This document shows positions 1 to 10,651 of a stretch of 64,000 bases of DNA, piece after piece. How positions within the stretch are numbered: the first letter of the stretch is position 1; every line of letters begins with the position of its first letter. This stretch comes from a virus (lineage: Duplodnaviria; Caudoviricetes). The position numbers and the translations under genes were made by a program. Below the pieces are notes generated by a model. That model was not told the origin of the DNA. It did not search any database and saw only the letters and a list, made by a program, of their open reading frames with translations. The stretch lies in IMG/VR virus record IMGVR_UViG_3300021256_000084, positions 1 through 64,000 of that record, one strand, 5' to 3'.

Positions 1-1113
1 AAGGATATTCTCGCCGCGCTGCCATATCTTTTCAGCAGCATACTTCCAAACTCCGTTGTCGTTGTACTTTGCCTGCGTGTACCACTGTATGAGGTAGTAC
101 AGCTCTGGGTAGTCAACAACATTGTCGCCCGTGTTGAGCAGCACTTGGTTTTGGTACACCTTCATTGCAGGCGTGATGTCTGCTCCGCGTAGCGGCTTGC
201 CGCCCGTGGGCATCGTTGTGGAAGTATGCAGGCCAATGGTACAGCGTGCTACGATGTTGCCGCTCTGTAAGAACTGCACTTCGTACTCCCCTTTCGCTAT
301 CATGCGCATGTCGAACTTGACAAGCGGATAGGTAGCGGCAAGCAGCTCGGGAGCTGCTTCGCTGTTGGGCGTTAATGCCGCGCTGCTGCCCAAACGCACG
401 ACGCGCATAGTAGTACCGCTTGGCAATGCCGTAAGCTCTACTGTGCCGCTTGTAAGCAGCACGTTCACGCTTTGCTCGTAGCATTTGCCGTCCACATAGT
501 CGGCGCGTGTGCCCTGCACGGCTATTCCACGCGCTACCTTGTAGTCGTACAGCAGCAGCAAGTCATAGAATGGGTCATACGTAATGTTTGGCTTGTCAAC
601 GCAGCAGCTCAAAACGTCAGAGCCTCTGTCAGTGCAGGACAACGCTATTTCGTCGCTCTCCACGTTGTACGGAATGCCCGTGCGCCAATCAAGGAACTTG
701 CCCTTGAAAGTAAGCACAGCCTTTGCGCTTGCAGGCAGGTTTTTCTTCACTCGCAGCATGCCGCGCGTGTCGCTCGCACTTGTGTCAATCTCGTAGTCCG
801 TGCCAGCAGTCCACACGTCCGCAATAGGCTCGCCGTCCACAAACCACTGCAAGTCGCCTGCGTTGATAGACAGAAATTCGTTTGCAGCGCCGCGATGGAA
901 TACGCCGTCAGGATCGTTGGCACGTACTTCGGGCAGTATCATCGTAGGCGTTGCTGTGCGGTCGGGCTCGTATTCGGGTGGGGAAACGAGCGAGTTCACT
1001 GTCTGTGCTGCTGGCGACATCGGGGTAAGGCATACCAAGTGACAGCTTGTAGTAAGCGGCTGAAACTTCACTCGCGTATGCGTCCTTTGTGATGTAAATG
1101 TATTCTCGTTCAT
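1..1113 (-). CDS. Tail-associated structural protein, partial (runs off the left edge)
   Basis: Not in ORF track; read manually from ATG at 1113 (MNENTFTSQRTHTRVKFQPL...) with no stop to position 1; directly downstream of the large tail gene. Confidence 0.75.
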   Translation of the reverse strand, partial: MNENTFTSQRTHTRVKFQPLTTSCHLVCLTPMSPAAQTVNSLVSPPEYEPDRTATPTMILPEVRANDPDGVFHRGAANEFLSINAGDLQWFVDGEPIADVWTAGTDYEIDTSASDTRGMLRVKKNLPASAKAVLTFKGKFLDWRTGIPYNVESDEIALSCTDRGSDVLSCCVDKPNITYDPFYDLLLLYDYKVARGIAVQGTRADYVDGKCYEQSVNVLLTSGTVELTALPSGTTMRVVRLGSSAALTPNSEAAPELLAATYPLVKFDMRMIAKGEYEVQFLQSGNIVARCTIGLHTSTTMPTGGKPLRGADITPAMKVYQNQVLLNTGDNVVDYPELYYLIQWYTQAKYNDNGVWKYAAEKIWQRGENIL

Positions 1114-1134
1114 ATAGAAATGTTGTTTTGTTCT

Positions 1135-3972
1135 TTAGCTGAAATAATCTGCTGTTGCGCGTGCTGTCGCTCCTGTCGCTTCGTTTGTTGCCAAGACATA
1201 GAAAGTTGAGACGAGCTTGTGGATGCCGTCAATGCCAAGGTCGTTGAAGCTTATCTGGAACGGATTGGTAACGCTTGTATGCGAAGCGTTCCAAACAGCG
1301 TCACTTGCAGCGTCGCCGCTGTTGCGCGTGACGGCATAGTGCGTAAACTGCTCCGTCACGTCCTCCCCGTAGCCGTTAAGGATAGTCACGGCAACGTCCT
1401 CTGTTTCGCCCGGTGCAAGCGAGCCGCCAAGCGACTGCTCTGTGAAGCAGCGGAAAGCGATACGCTCAAACTGGTCTATCTGCCCAAAGATATAGGCATT
1501 TCCGAACACTTGTCCGTAGCCGTGGAAAACCTTTGTGTATGGCCGTCCGCTGCTGTCTATTGCAGGCATGGAGAAGCCTTCCAAGTGTCCGTGTATCTCG
1601 TAGTAGTTCGACGGCTGGAACTCCCACGTGCTCACGCCCGTAAGCGAAAGCGAGTATTCCGTCGTGGAGTACTTGAAAGCCTGCCGTTCCGTATTCTCGA
1701 TGTTGCCGCGACCTGCAAAGTGCATACCCTCAAACGGGTGGAAGCCGTTACCGCCTTCAAGCGTACTGCGTAGCACATACGTAAAGTTTTCGTTATGCGC
1801 TCCGCTGACACCCGTTATTTGGAAGTACACAGTCTTAAAGCCTGCAAACGTGAAGTTACCTATGTTGTCGTCGCTGTTTGCGTTTGCGTTGCCACTTTGG
1901 TCGTGCCAAATGCCCATGCAAAGGTCGCCCACTGCAATAGCTCCTATCTCGCCATCGTCCAGCTTAAGCGTGCCGCTGCCCGTCTCTGCACCCGTGCTGT
2001 CGGGCGTGACAGTCTCGATAATGCCACCGCCAAACGTGTCAAAGCGGATGCCTATGTAGATGCTGACCTTGTTGAAACGCAGTTCGGGCACTTCCAGCCA
2101 TTCCCACAGCGTGAGCGAGCGTAGCTCTGCGTGTCCTCTGCCGTCAAGCTTACCGCCAATACCAAGTAGTCCAGGCACAAAAGCCTGTCCCAGCTGCAAG
2201 CCCTCGTTGTGCTGCGACTGCTGCTCAAACGTGATGCGTCCGCGTGCAATGTCCGAAACGTCCTTGCGTAGGAACTGCGCAAGCTGCCTGCGTGCAGAAA
2301 ACACGTTGCTGTCGCTTGCTGGCGTGCTGTCGCCAACAGCTATCACGTACACGCTGCTCCCGCCGCTGCTGTTGCCGCCAATGTAGCTTACTCCGTTGAC
2401 GGTTAGCTGCTGCACCTGCTTTTCCACGTTGCTAAGACGCGAGTATTCCGCGTTTTCGCCCACGATATACTGTGCGCTGTCATACGTGTAGTCCAGCTTC
2501 AGCTCGTAGCCGATTACGCGGCTGCTCCTGCCTTGCGGGAAATACTGCGTGTTGACGAGCTTGATTTTCTTGCCCAAGTCAAACGTGCGTGCCGTAACGT
2601 TGTCCGCTACCCAGTCGCTGAAAAGCGTGCAGTTGTACGTGTTTGGGTCTATGCGCGTCTTTTCAAGCCACTGCACAGCTTTGTCGTACAGCTCCATTTC
2701 GGCATTCTGTATGATACCCGTGCTTGCCATCTTGGAAGCGTCCCAGCCGTACAGCACAAACTCGTCGTCGGGTGCAGGGCAAATAAGGCTGTCGGGCAGC
2801 AAGCGCCCGTAGTCCTCGTTGGCAACTATCTCGTAGTACTTATCCTTGTCGCTGTACTGACATTCAAAGTCCAAGCCGTTCATGCGCCCGCTGGTAAACT
2901 GTATGTGGAGCGTATGCCCTTCAAGTATCAAGTCCGTGCTGAAATTGAAGCCGCTCTTGTCAGTCACGCGGTAGAACGTCTGCACCTCGCCCGTTTCCTT
3001 GCCGTCCTCGTCAACGACGGGCTTGTCATACGTTGTCACGACACCTACAACACATTGCGTCCGTGGGTAAACGTCGTCAAAGACGATAACCGTTTCTACC
3101 GCCTGTTCCTCGTTCTCCACGTTTGCTGCCTGCACATAGCCATGAGGACAAAGGGGCTGTCCTTGGTTGTTAAGCAGCGGCAGCATCAAGCGTTTCTGTA
3201 TGACACCGTTTCGGGTAATGTCCGCTGACGTGTCCTTACGGTAGTCAGTAGGCAGGTTGCGGTCAGAGCCGAAAGCATACACACGCGTCGCATACTCCCC
3301 GCTGCTTTGCGAGCTTGACATTGTTGCCACGTTGTCGCCCAGCTCAAAAGTCTGTTCATCCGTTCCAAGCTCGCAGCGTCCAAAGTTTATGCAGTTATCC
3401 GTAACCCACCACTCACATTCAAACGCTTCCGCAATGGCTGTAAGTGCGTCGATGATATTTGTGTTGTCATACGTTATCAGCTTTGCTGCATTCACGTCGC
3501 CCGTGAAGTGCGCAAGGCTGTAGACATAGTCCGTCGTGCCGTTGTACTTGTAGCTGCTGCTGACAGTACCAAGTTGGTTGATGCAGCGCAAAGCGACTTG
3601 TATATGCACGCTGATAGCAGCGGTAAGCGAGAAGCTTGTTTCCGTCGCTGCACTTTCGGGTACGTACTTACACTTTTTGTTTTTCCACTTCCAGTAGTAC
3701 GCATCCAAGCGAAGCTCGTAGTCATAGCCGCCCGATTTCGCGTTGAACGTAGGCGAGTATGGGTCAACAAGCTCAAAGCGTCCAAAGCCCTCGATGTCGC
3801 AGTAGTCGCCCACCTTGAAATAGACGGGCTCTGCCGTCGTAAACGCAAGCTGCACGTAATGCTCGCTCATTAGTTCCCGGTGAACTAACGAGCCAGCATT
3901 AAGCACGGAGCTGAAAACGTTGCTTACAACACCGCTGCTGTTCCTGCGTTTTATCGTAAAGTTTTCAATCAT
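1135..3972 (-). CDS. Large minor tail (hub/Tal-like) protein
   Basis: 945 aa; follows tape measure and Dit-like gene; TRVYAFGSDRNLP-type N-terminal region typical of Bacteroidales phage tail proteins. Confidence 0.75.
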   Translation of the reverse strand: MIENFTIKRRNSSGVVSNVFSSVLNAGSLVHRELMSEHYVQLAFTTAEPVYFKVGDYCDIEGFGRFELVDPYSPTFNAKSGGYDYELRLDAYYWKWKNKKCKYVPESAATETSFSLTAAISVHIQVALRCINQLGTVSSSYKYNGTTDYVYSLAHFTGDVNAAKLITYDNTNIIDALTAIAEAFECEWWVTDNCINFGRCELGTDEQTFELGDNVATMSSSQSSGEYATRVYAFGSDRNLPTDYRKDTSADITRNGVIQKRLMLPLLNNQGQPLCPHGYVQAANVENEEQAVETVIVFDDVYPRTQCVVGVVTTYDKPVVDEDGKETGEVQTFYRVTDKSGFNFSTDLILEGHTLHIQFTSGRMNGLDFECQYSDKDKYYEIVANEDYGRLLPDSLICPAPDDEFVLYGWDASKMASTGIIQNAEMELYDKAVQWLEKTRIDPNTYNCTLFSDWVADNVTARTFDLGKKIKLVNTQYFPQGRSSRVIGYELKLDYTYDSAQYIVGENAEYSRLSNVEKQVQQLTVNGVSYIGGNSSGGSSVYVIAVGDSTPASDSNVFSARRQLAQFLRKDVSDIARGRITFEQQSQHNEGLQLGQAFVPGLLGIGGKLDGRGHAELRSLTLWEWLEVPELRFNKVSIYIGIRFDTFGGGIIETVTPDSTGAETGSGTLKLDDGEIGAIAVGDLCMGIWHDQSGNANANSDDNIGNFTFAGFKTVYFQITGVSGAHNENFTYVLRSTLEGGNGFHPFEGMHFAGRGNIENTERQAFKYSTTEYSLSLTGVSTWEFQPSNYYEIHGHLEGFSMPAIDSSGRPYTKVFHGYGQVFGNAYIFGQIDQFERIAFRCFTEQSLGGSLAPGETEDVAVTILNGYGEDVTEQFTHYAVTRNSGDAASDAVWNASHTSVTNPFQISFNDLGIDGIHKLVSTFYVLATNEATGATARATADYFS

Positions 3973-4390
3973 TTACTGCTGCCTTTGGATTGGGCTCTGT
4001 GAATTTGAGCGTAAAGATACCCTTTTTCAAGCCGTAATTTCCGTATTTTGTGCAGCTCGTGTAAACAAGTTTATACGTTCTATTGTTTAAGGCGGGAACA
4101 CGCAGCGAAAACAGCCCTTTCGTGATAGCAGCAAGGAAACTTTCGTAGTTCTGCAAGTATGCAGCCTGCGTCGCTCCCTCAATCATTACTTGCAGCTGCA
4201 CTTCGCGCTTGTCAAGCTTCGTGTTCTGCTCATTGGCTACGACGCGGATGCCGTGCTCCAAGCGCGAGTTGTTACTGATGTACTGCTTTGTCGGGGCTGG
4301 AGTAAGCAGTGCTTCGTACCAGCCGCGAATGAACGTTGCCCCGTAGTTGGCAACGTCCACGTCGTTGATGTATGCTTGTCCGCTTATCAT
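3965..4390 (-). CDS. Distal tail (Dit-like) protein
   Basis: 141 aa immediately after tape measure; size and synteny. Confidence 0.55.
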   Translation of the reverse strand: MISGQAYINDVDVANYGATFIRGWYEALLTPAPTKQYISNNSRLEHGIRVVANEQNTKLDKREVQLQVMIEGATQAAYLQNYESFLAAITKGLFSLRVPALNNRTYKLVYTSCTKYGNYGLKKGIFTLKFTEPNPKAAVND

Positions 4391-4395
4391 ACTTC

Positions 4396-7300
4396 TTACT
4401 TTTTGTTTACGTTCTTTACTGCGTTGTAAATCTTTTCTATCACTGTTGCCATGTCGGGCAGCGGTTCAGTGTGCATGTCTATATTCTGCAAGTGCGTAAG
4501 GCTTTCAAGCTGCACGTCCAGCAGTTCCGAAACATTACCTTGTATCTGCTGTGTGTACTGCTTCAAAGCAGAAACATCAGCCGTTACAAATGTCAGCAGC
4601 TCGTTACGCTGCACGCTTAAGTCAAGCAGCTGCAAGCCGCACTCATACAAGGCCGTGAAGCGCCCGTTAAGCTCTTCCGCTGTGTCCTGTGACATCGTTT
4701 GCCATGACTTGCTGCTCGCTTCCTGCTCAAACTGCTGTTCGTCAGAAGTGGAAGCGATAATGCCTGCGTCGCGCAAGTCCTCCACTTGCTGCTGTGCTTT
4801 CTTAACATAGTTGTCGTACTCCTGCCTTAGCTGCTCCAGCTGACGCGCATACGTAGCGTTGTCTATCTCTCCATTGTTGCGCCGCTCGTTAAGCTTTGCA
4901 AGCCGTTCATACCAACTGTTCAAGTCCTGCTGGAAGCTCTCGCCAATAAGGTTGTTGATAACCATTTTATTGACCATATCCTGCCAGCTTTTTGATATGT
5001 CGTCGAACACATCTTCCGACTTGTTGGCAAGCTCATACAGCGAGTTAAGGAAGCTGTCAAACACGTTGTCGGAAGTTGTAGTGGTAAGCTTTTCCCAGGT
5101 TGCCTGCTGCACTTCCTCCATTGCCTTGCCTGCTTCAATGAACTGTTCGAGATACTTCTGTGCTTCGCCATGCAGCGACTGCCAAAACTTGGTGTTGCTG
5201 TACTTTAGTTTTTCAAGCTCACGCCAGTCTAAATTAAACAAGTTATCCACGCTTCCACCACCATAAAAGGTTCTTCCAAAAAAGTTATAGCTTTGCACAC
5301 CAACTTGCTTTGCAATATCGGGGTTGTTTGCTACAAGTGCGCCCCAATCCGTATCTTCATTGACGTTGTAACCATTGGAATGCGAAAACCATCCAGCGCC
5401 GCTCCCTGCCCAGCCGCGATAAATCTCTGCTGCTGCTGCTTGCGCGTTTTTTAATCCCTGCATCGTTTCCTTCTGCAAGTTAAGCAAGTCACCGCCATAC
5501 GCCTTTTCCATGAGTTGCTTTTCGTACTTCAGGTTATCCTCCCAAGTGTTGAGGATATGCCCCCACTTATCCACAGCTTCCTCGTATGCGCTGTTGTCTG
5601 CACCACCGCCAAACAAGCTTGCAACACCTTCCGCAAGTCCTGTAAAGATACTGCCTACAATGTTGCCCACGCCCTTGATAGCGGATGCAATGATTTCGGG
5701 CAGCTGTGACAGCACAGCTTCCAGCACATCGGCAACCTTTGCAAGCAAATCGTCTATGAACTTTGCGGGTTCTGTTCCGAGTATGTCTATAATTTGCAGG
5801 ATAGCACCAACAAGACCGCCTATCTGCTTGCCTGCTTCGCCAAACAGCTCTCCAAAGTTCGTTGCCACTTCATCGTTGCTGCCGCTAATCTTCTTTATGA
5901 TATTGCCTACAGCAGTGGCAAAGCCCGACAAAGAGCCGGACGTTATCTGCCCAAGTATGGTGTTGAAGTTGTTGAAGCCTTTGGCAACGCTTTCCGTCTT
6001 AGTGCGCAAATCCTCCTGCGACTCCACGTATTCCGTCTGCGCATCGTTGACGGCTGTTCCTGCTTCGTCCAGCTGCTTGCGTAGTTGTGCAACATTATCC
6101 TGCAAGCCTTTATTTGTCGGGTTGCTTGCAGCAGCCTGTTCCGCTTGCGTCAGCTGCTCGCGTATCTGCTCTGCACGCTCGTTTGCCTTGTTAAGGTTCA
6201 ATACGCTGTTGCGATAACGCTGTGCTGCATCACCAATCTCTTTCCACACTTGCCCGCTGAAAGGATTGCTTGCGCTTATGCCGCCAGCGTCAACAAGCTG
6301 TGTGCGTAGCTCTTGATATGTCTTTTTGTCCGTAGGGGAAAGTTTCTTGTACTCGTCAGTTTTCATGTAGTCACTGACTTTTTTCAACGTTTCCTGTGCT
6401 ATGCCTTGCAGCACGTTACCCACACCGCTGAACATCTGTCCCCAATTTATGTTCTGTGCGAGGTTTTGCGCGTTCATCTGTGCAAGGCGCGACTGCTTTT
6501 CAGCTTCCAGTGCCTTGCGTCTGTATTCGTCCTGCTCCTTGGCAATCTTTTCGTCGTACTCCTTGGCAATAGCGTACTTCTGCTGCTGTATAGAGCCGTA
6601 CTGCTTTAGGTAGTCAAGCATAGATGCAAGCTCTGCCCTTTGCCGTTCCTGCTCTATGGCTGCAATGTCCGCGTTCTGCTTTGCGTTGATTGCTACGATT
6701 GCGTCCGCTGCCTGCTGTTGCAGCTGTGCGCGTCGCTCCGTGTACTGCTGCTCATTCAATCCGCTCTTACCGCCTTTGTAGCTTGCGTCAAGGTCTGCAA
6801 CGGCTTCGTCACTTGCCTTCTGTACTGCACGCCTGTCTGCTTCCGCTTGCAGCGCAATACGCTCACGCATCAGCTGCTCCCAACGTTTTGTTCCTTCCTT
6901 TTCTGCTTCCAGCTCACGCTCCACGCGCTCCTGTGTAAGCTTCAGCAGCTCGTCGTTAAGCTCCGCAGCGGACTTGTATTTTGGCTCGTTCTTTACTGTA
7001 GGCTTGTCGCGTGTGTCCTTGTCAGGGTCGTTTGGGTCGTAAGTCTTTACCTTAAGCCCGTCAAGAATAGCCTGCGCCTGCTCGTTCATTTCGTCACGCT
7101 CCTTGCGTAGTGCTTCTGCGGACTTTTCCGCTGCTTCCATAGCACGGCGGTTAAGCTCGCGCACACCTTCCTCGCTAAGATAGAAATCATCCGAGAAGAT
7201 GCCACCTACCATGTTTGCGTACTGCGTGTCGCCAATATGGTTCTTGAAGCCAGCATACGCGGGGAAAAGCTCTTTGAACTTGCTTTCGCTTATCTTGTCA

Positions 7301-9291
7301 CCTACCTTGTATTCCTGTCCTGCAAGCGCATCATTGTACAGCTTTGTAATCTGGGCAGCATAGGCAGCAGCACGCGCACGCAAGTCGAATGCTTTGATGA
7401 TTTGGTCTGTGTTCTGCGCAAACACAGTTTCCGTATCGTGAATGTCCTTAAGCTCCAAGCCAAGCTCATGAAACTTGTCCTTGTTGTCCTTTATCCACTT
7501 TGTTTTTTCCTTTTCGGACTTTAGCCGTTTGTAGGCGTGCTCCAAGTCGCGGTACTTTTCTATCGAGCTTGTCAGCGTACTGTTGTACGTTTCATAGAAA
7601 GCTTTCTGTGCTTCCTGCACGCGCTGCAATTCCTCTTCCGCTTTCTTTGCTTTCTCCGAGCCTATGGCAAAGGCAGCAAGTGCGCCTACAACAGTAATAA
7701 TGGCAGTGGCAAGTAGCACATACGGGTTTGCTTTGGCAATGGCATTGAAGATACCTTGCGCAACTGTAGCCGCTTTCGTTGCAACAATGTTACGCCCCTT
7801 TGCAGCTGTTTCCATGTCAATAGCTTTTGCAGCTGCCCACGTCTGTATTGTGCTGATACCACGCATCAATGCACTTTGCCCTTGAAGCGCATTACCTGCT
7901 TCCGTGAGGAAGTTTGTTGCAGCAAGCGAGCCTTGTATGACAGTCTGCGCACGCGCCAATTCTTCCTCGCTCATGCCGAAAGCAGCAGCAGCACCCTCGG
8001 CAGCACCAAAGCCTGATATAAGCAAGTTAAGACCTTGCGTTACAGCTGAAAAAGCAGCAGTATCGTTTGCATCGTTCTTAATCTGCTCCTGCACGTCACC
8101 GAAAGCGTCTTGCAGGTTAGCAGCTTTTGCGGAAAGCTCGTCAAGCTTCTTTTTTAGTTCCTGCCCCTCTGCACTGGCACGCTCCGCGTCCGTCATTTCG
8201 CGCCACTGCAAAGTAAGCATGGTTATCTCGTTACGCAGGTTCATAAGCTCCTGCCGTGGGCTTGTCTGCTTCACTTGCTCATGCGCCTGCGTTGTCTGTT
8301 GTGTCTGCTGCTCGTGCTCCTTCAAGCTTGCATTCAGCGCATCCAGCCCTTGACGGGCAAGAGCTTCCTCGTCGCGGTACTCTTGCAGCGACTTCTTAAG
8401 CTCGTTGTATTCCTTTGCTATCTTCTGCATGTGCGCCACAACGTTTTCGTTGTAGCCAGCAGCATTCTTGTCAGCTTTGTACTTTCCTTCGCCCGTTTGC
8501 GTGACATATCCACCTTCAATTCCACGCGAAGCCCATGCCTTCATGTTCTCGCGTAGCTTTTCCATGCGCTTTTGTGCCGCTTCCTGCTTCTCTACAAGGC
8601 TGTCAATCGTCTTTTGCGTGTCAGTAATGGCAGCTTTTATGTCCTTTTGTGCTTCCGCTTCGTCCTTTGCCGACTGCACGTGTTCACGAGCAGCTTCCGT
8701 TGCCTGCTCCGTAGCCTGCGTTTGTTCGCGCTGTGCCTGCGTTGCATCAGTGGTAGCTTGCTGTTGCTCGTACTGCGCTTCGTTCGCGCCTTGTAGCGAA
8801 GATATAAACGTGTCGTACATGCTTTGCAGCTTGTCAACCGTAGCTGCTGCGTGCTCATGCGCTGCACGCATATCCGCAACGTCCGCAGTCTGCAACCGCA
8901 GCGTTTCGCGCTCGCTTTCCAGCTGCTGCTTAAGCTCGTCGAACTCCTTAGAGCCTACAACGGTCTTGCCAAGCTCGCTTTCCAGCTTAGACACAGCGCC
9001 CTGCAAGCGCGTTGCTTCCTGCTCCGCGTTCTTAAGCATTTCGGGCGTAGTAGTCAGCTGCTTGTTTGTCTGCGCAATAGCGTCGTTGAGTACCTGCATA
9101 GCAGCTTTCGTCTTTGCCGCCAAGTCCTTTTCGCTGCTGTTTGCAATGTCCGTCAGTGCCTTCGACATGCGAGCACTGATAACGTCCGTTTCCGCGCCAA
9201 GCCTGTCAAGGTCGCTTATCAGCGCGTCAAACGTTTTCTTTATGTCGTCAATATTGACTATACCAGTAATGCCTAATACGTCCTCTGCCAT
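4396..9291 (-). CDS. Tape measure protein
   Basis: 1631 aa, Ala/Gln/Glu-rich coiled coil with hydrophobic Gly/Ala segments; follows the tail chaperone genes. Confidence 0.9.
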   Translation of the reverse strand: MAEDVLGITGIVNIDDIKKTFDALISDLDRLGAETDVISARMSKALTDIANSSEKDLAAKTKAAMQVLNDAIAQTNKQLTTTPEMLKNAEQEATRLQGAVSKLESELGKTVVGSKEFDELKQQLESERETLRLQTADVADMRAAHEHAAATVDKLQSMYDTFISSLQGANEAQYEQQQATTDATQAQREQTQATEQATEAAREHVQSAKDEAEAQKDIKAAITDTQKTIDSLVEKQEAAQKRMEKLRENMKAWASRGIEGGYVTQTGEGKYKADKNAAGYNENVVAHMQKIAKEYNELKKSLQEYRDEEALARQGLDALNASLKEHEQQTQQTTQAHEQVKQTSPRQELMNLRNEITMLTLQWREMTDAERASAEGQELKKKLDELSAKAANLQDAFGDVQEQIKNDANDTAAFSAVTQGLNLLISGFGAAEGAAAAFGMSEEELARAQTVIQGSLAATNFLTEAGNALQGQSALMRGISTIQTWAAAKAIDMETAAKGRNIVATKAATVAQGIFNAIAKANPYVLLATAIITVVGALAAFAIGSEKAKKAEEELQRVQEAQKAFYETYNSTLTSSIEKYRDLEHAYKRLKSEKEKTKWIKDNKDKFHELGLELKDIHDTETVFAQNTDQIIKAFDLRARAAAYAAQITKLYNDALAGQEYKVGDKISESKFKELFPAYAGFKNHIGDTQYANMVGGIFSDDFYLSEEGVRELNRRAMEAAEKSAEALRKERDEMNEQAQAILDGLKVKTYDPNDPDKDTRDKPTVKNEPKYKSAAELNDELLKLTQERVERELEAEKEGTKRWEQLMRERIALQAEADRRAVQKASDEAVADLDASYKGGKSGLNEQQYTERRAQLQQQAADAIVAINAKQNADIAAIEQERQRAELASMLDYLKQYGSIQQQKYAIAKEYDEKIAKEQDEYRRKALEAEKQSRLAQMNAQNLAQNINWGQMFSGVGNVLQGIAQETLKKVSDYMKTDEYKKLSPTDKKTYQELRTQLVDAGGISASNPFSGQVWKEIGDAAQRYRNSVLNLNKANERAEQIREQLTQAEQAAASNPTNKGLQDNVAQLRKQLDEAGTAVNDAQTEYVESQEDLRTKTESVAKGFNNFNTILGQITSGSLSGFATAVGNIIKKISGSNDEVATNFGELFGEAGKQIGGLVGAILQIIDILGTEPAKFIDDLLAKVADVLEAVLSQLPEIIASAIKGVGNIVGSIFTGLAEGVASLFGGGADNSAYEEAVDKWGHILNTWEDNLKYEKQLMEKAYGGDLLNLQKETMQGLKNAQAAAAEIYRGWAGSGAGWFSHSNGYNVNEDTDWGALVANNPDIAKQVGVQSYNFFGRTFYGGGSVDNLFNLDWRELEKLKYSNTKFWQSLHGEAQKYLEQFIEAGKAMEEVQQATWEKLTTTTSDNVFDSFLNSLYELANKSEDVFDDISKSWQDMVNKMVINNLIGESFQQDLNSWYERLAKLNERRNNGEIDNATYARQLEQLRQEYDNYVKKAQQQVEDLRDAGIIASTSDEQQFEQEASSKSWQTMSQDTAEELNGRFTALYECGLQLLDLSVQRNELLTFVTADVSALKQYTQQIQGNVSELLDVQLESLTHLQNIDMHTEPLPDMATVIEKIYNAVKNVNKK

Positions 9292-9303
9292 AATGCTTCG
9301 TTG

Positions 9304-9528
9304 TTACATGAATTGTTGGAAGAAAGTGTTTGCGTGCCCGCCTTGCGGCTTGACGTGCTTAACGCCTGCTGATGCACGTTCGCTTCCTTTTTTGCTGCTT
9401 GGCGTGCCGTCCTCTGCGTCCTTGCTGCTGGACTTGAAGTTTGGTATTGCCTTGTTGAGCAGCATAATGTTGATGTATGAGCGCCTAAATACGACCTCCT
9501 CGTAACTCATACGGAAGTATTTCATCAC
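9304..9528 (-). CDS. Tail assembly chaperone, downstream (T-like) frame
   Basis: Frame is open upstream to the slippery site at 9615-9621 (..DSPWATVGGVMKYFRMSYEEVV..). Confidence 0.7.
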   Translation of the reverse strand: MMKYFRMSYEEVVFRRSYINIMLLNKAIPNFKSSSKDAEDGTPSSKKGSERASAGVKHVKPQGGHANTFFQQFM

Positions 9529-9986
9529 GCCTCCGACTGTTGCCCATGGGCTGTCGTTTGCTTGGGCTCCGTTATCTTCGTCGTCTGCTTGAGGAAAATT
9601 ATAGAGGTCAAGAAAAAATTTATGTTGAAGCTCCTGCCTACGATTGCCACAAGCTCGTTGAACTTGTCAACGGTCAAGCGGTGCAGGATATAACGCTTCC
9701 ACGCCCAGCGCCACAGCTTGCGACGGAACAGCAGTATCATGAAAACCTGCTGCATGATGCGAGCGTCGTTATAGTGTGTGATAGCTTCCGCAATGACGTT
9801 GACGCGCTGTGCGCTTTCCATTTTCTCGCGCAGGTCTGCATCTTGTATATTGATAGCTACTGCGCCCATATCGTATATCTGCCCAAGCGTAGGCTGCTTG
9901 ACGAGGAACTTGAACAAGCCCACTTTGATAGGCGTTGCCGTTTCCTGCAAGGTGTCGCTTACTTGCTGTTTCTTTTCGCTTTCCAT
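9525..9986 (-). CDS. Tail assembly chaperone (G-like)
   Basis: Between major tail and tape measure genes; contains in-frame A-AAT-TTT heptamer. Confidence 0.75.
   Translation of the reverse strand: MESEKKQQVSDTLQETATPIKVGLFKFLVKQPTLGQIYDMGAVAINIQDADLREKMESAQRVNVIAEAITHYNDARIMQQVFMILLFRRKLWRWAWKRYILHRLTVDKFNELVAIVGRSFNINFFLTSIIFLKQTTKITEPKQTTAHGQQSEA
9615..9621 (-). other. -1 ribosomal frameshift slippery heptamer A AAT TTT
   Basis: X XXY YYZ pattern in the correct phase; the -1 frame is open and joins ORF 9304-9528. Confidence 0.75.
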
Positions 9987-10018
9987 AAACTTAACTTTTT
10001 TCTGTCAGCTTTCCTAAG

Positions 10019-10058
10019 AAAAAGGCGGTGCGGCTCGCTGTTCACGCTCCACACCGCC
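10019..10058 (-). terminator. Intrinsic terminator after major tail gene
   Basis: GGCGGTG/CACCGCC stem followed by a T-run on the minus strand. Confidence 0.6.
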
Positions 10059-10087
10059 CATTTTGTCGCTTCAAGTGTTACGCAGAC

Positions 10088-10636
10088 TTAACCGCCAGGG
10101 GTGGTAATGTCTGCGGTCTTAGCCCAGCGTGCGCCGCCCACGGCGTTGCCGTTTGCGTCAGTGTGTACCAACTGGCGGAACGTTGCGGTAAGGTTGGGGA
10201 ATCCGCTCTTACCGATAGTGCCAGCCTTGGTCACGTCAATGCGCATACGCGCCCACTCGAATGTCTTGCTCGGGAAGTCGCCAAAGGTCTTGGTGACAAT
10301 CTGCACAGCCTTTTCAAGCGTCTGCTTGGTGGCAGGCTCGACGTTCCACTTCTCGCCCGTAGCCTTGGTGTAGCCAAGCAGTGCAGAGTAGGCGGCTTCG
10401 GACAAGTCGTAGATTTGCAGCGTGAAGCCCTTCTGTGCGGCACTGCTTTCCAGCACTGCATACGGGTCGTCGCTGTCCTCAATCTCGATGTCGGTAGTGC
10501 CAGCAGCCTGATCGTTGAACTGCAAGCTGTCCTTCACGATAGCCTTAAAGGCGTAACCGCTGAAAGCAGTAGGGAAACCACCTACAACGGGGTCGGCGAG
10601 CTTTACGCTCTCAATGCCGTAAACTCCATCTTTCAT
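10088..10636 (-). CDS. Major tail (tube) protein
   Basis: 182 aa, Thr/Ala-rich; position after tail terminator and before chaperones. Confidence 0.75.
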   Translation of the reverse strand: MKDGVYGIESVKLADPVVGGFPTAFSGYAFKAIVKDSLQFNDQAAGTTDIEIEDSDDPYAVLESSAAQKGFTLQIYDLSEAAYSALLGYTKATGEKWNVEPATKQTLEKAVQIVTKTFGDFPSKTFEWARMRIDVTKAGTIGKSGFPNLTATFRQLVHTDANGNAVGGARWAKTADITTPGG

Positions 10637-10651
10637 ATTTCAGTCCTTTCT

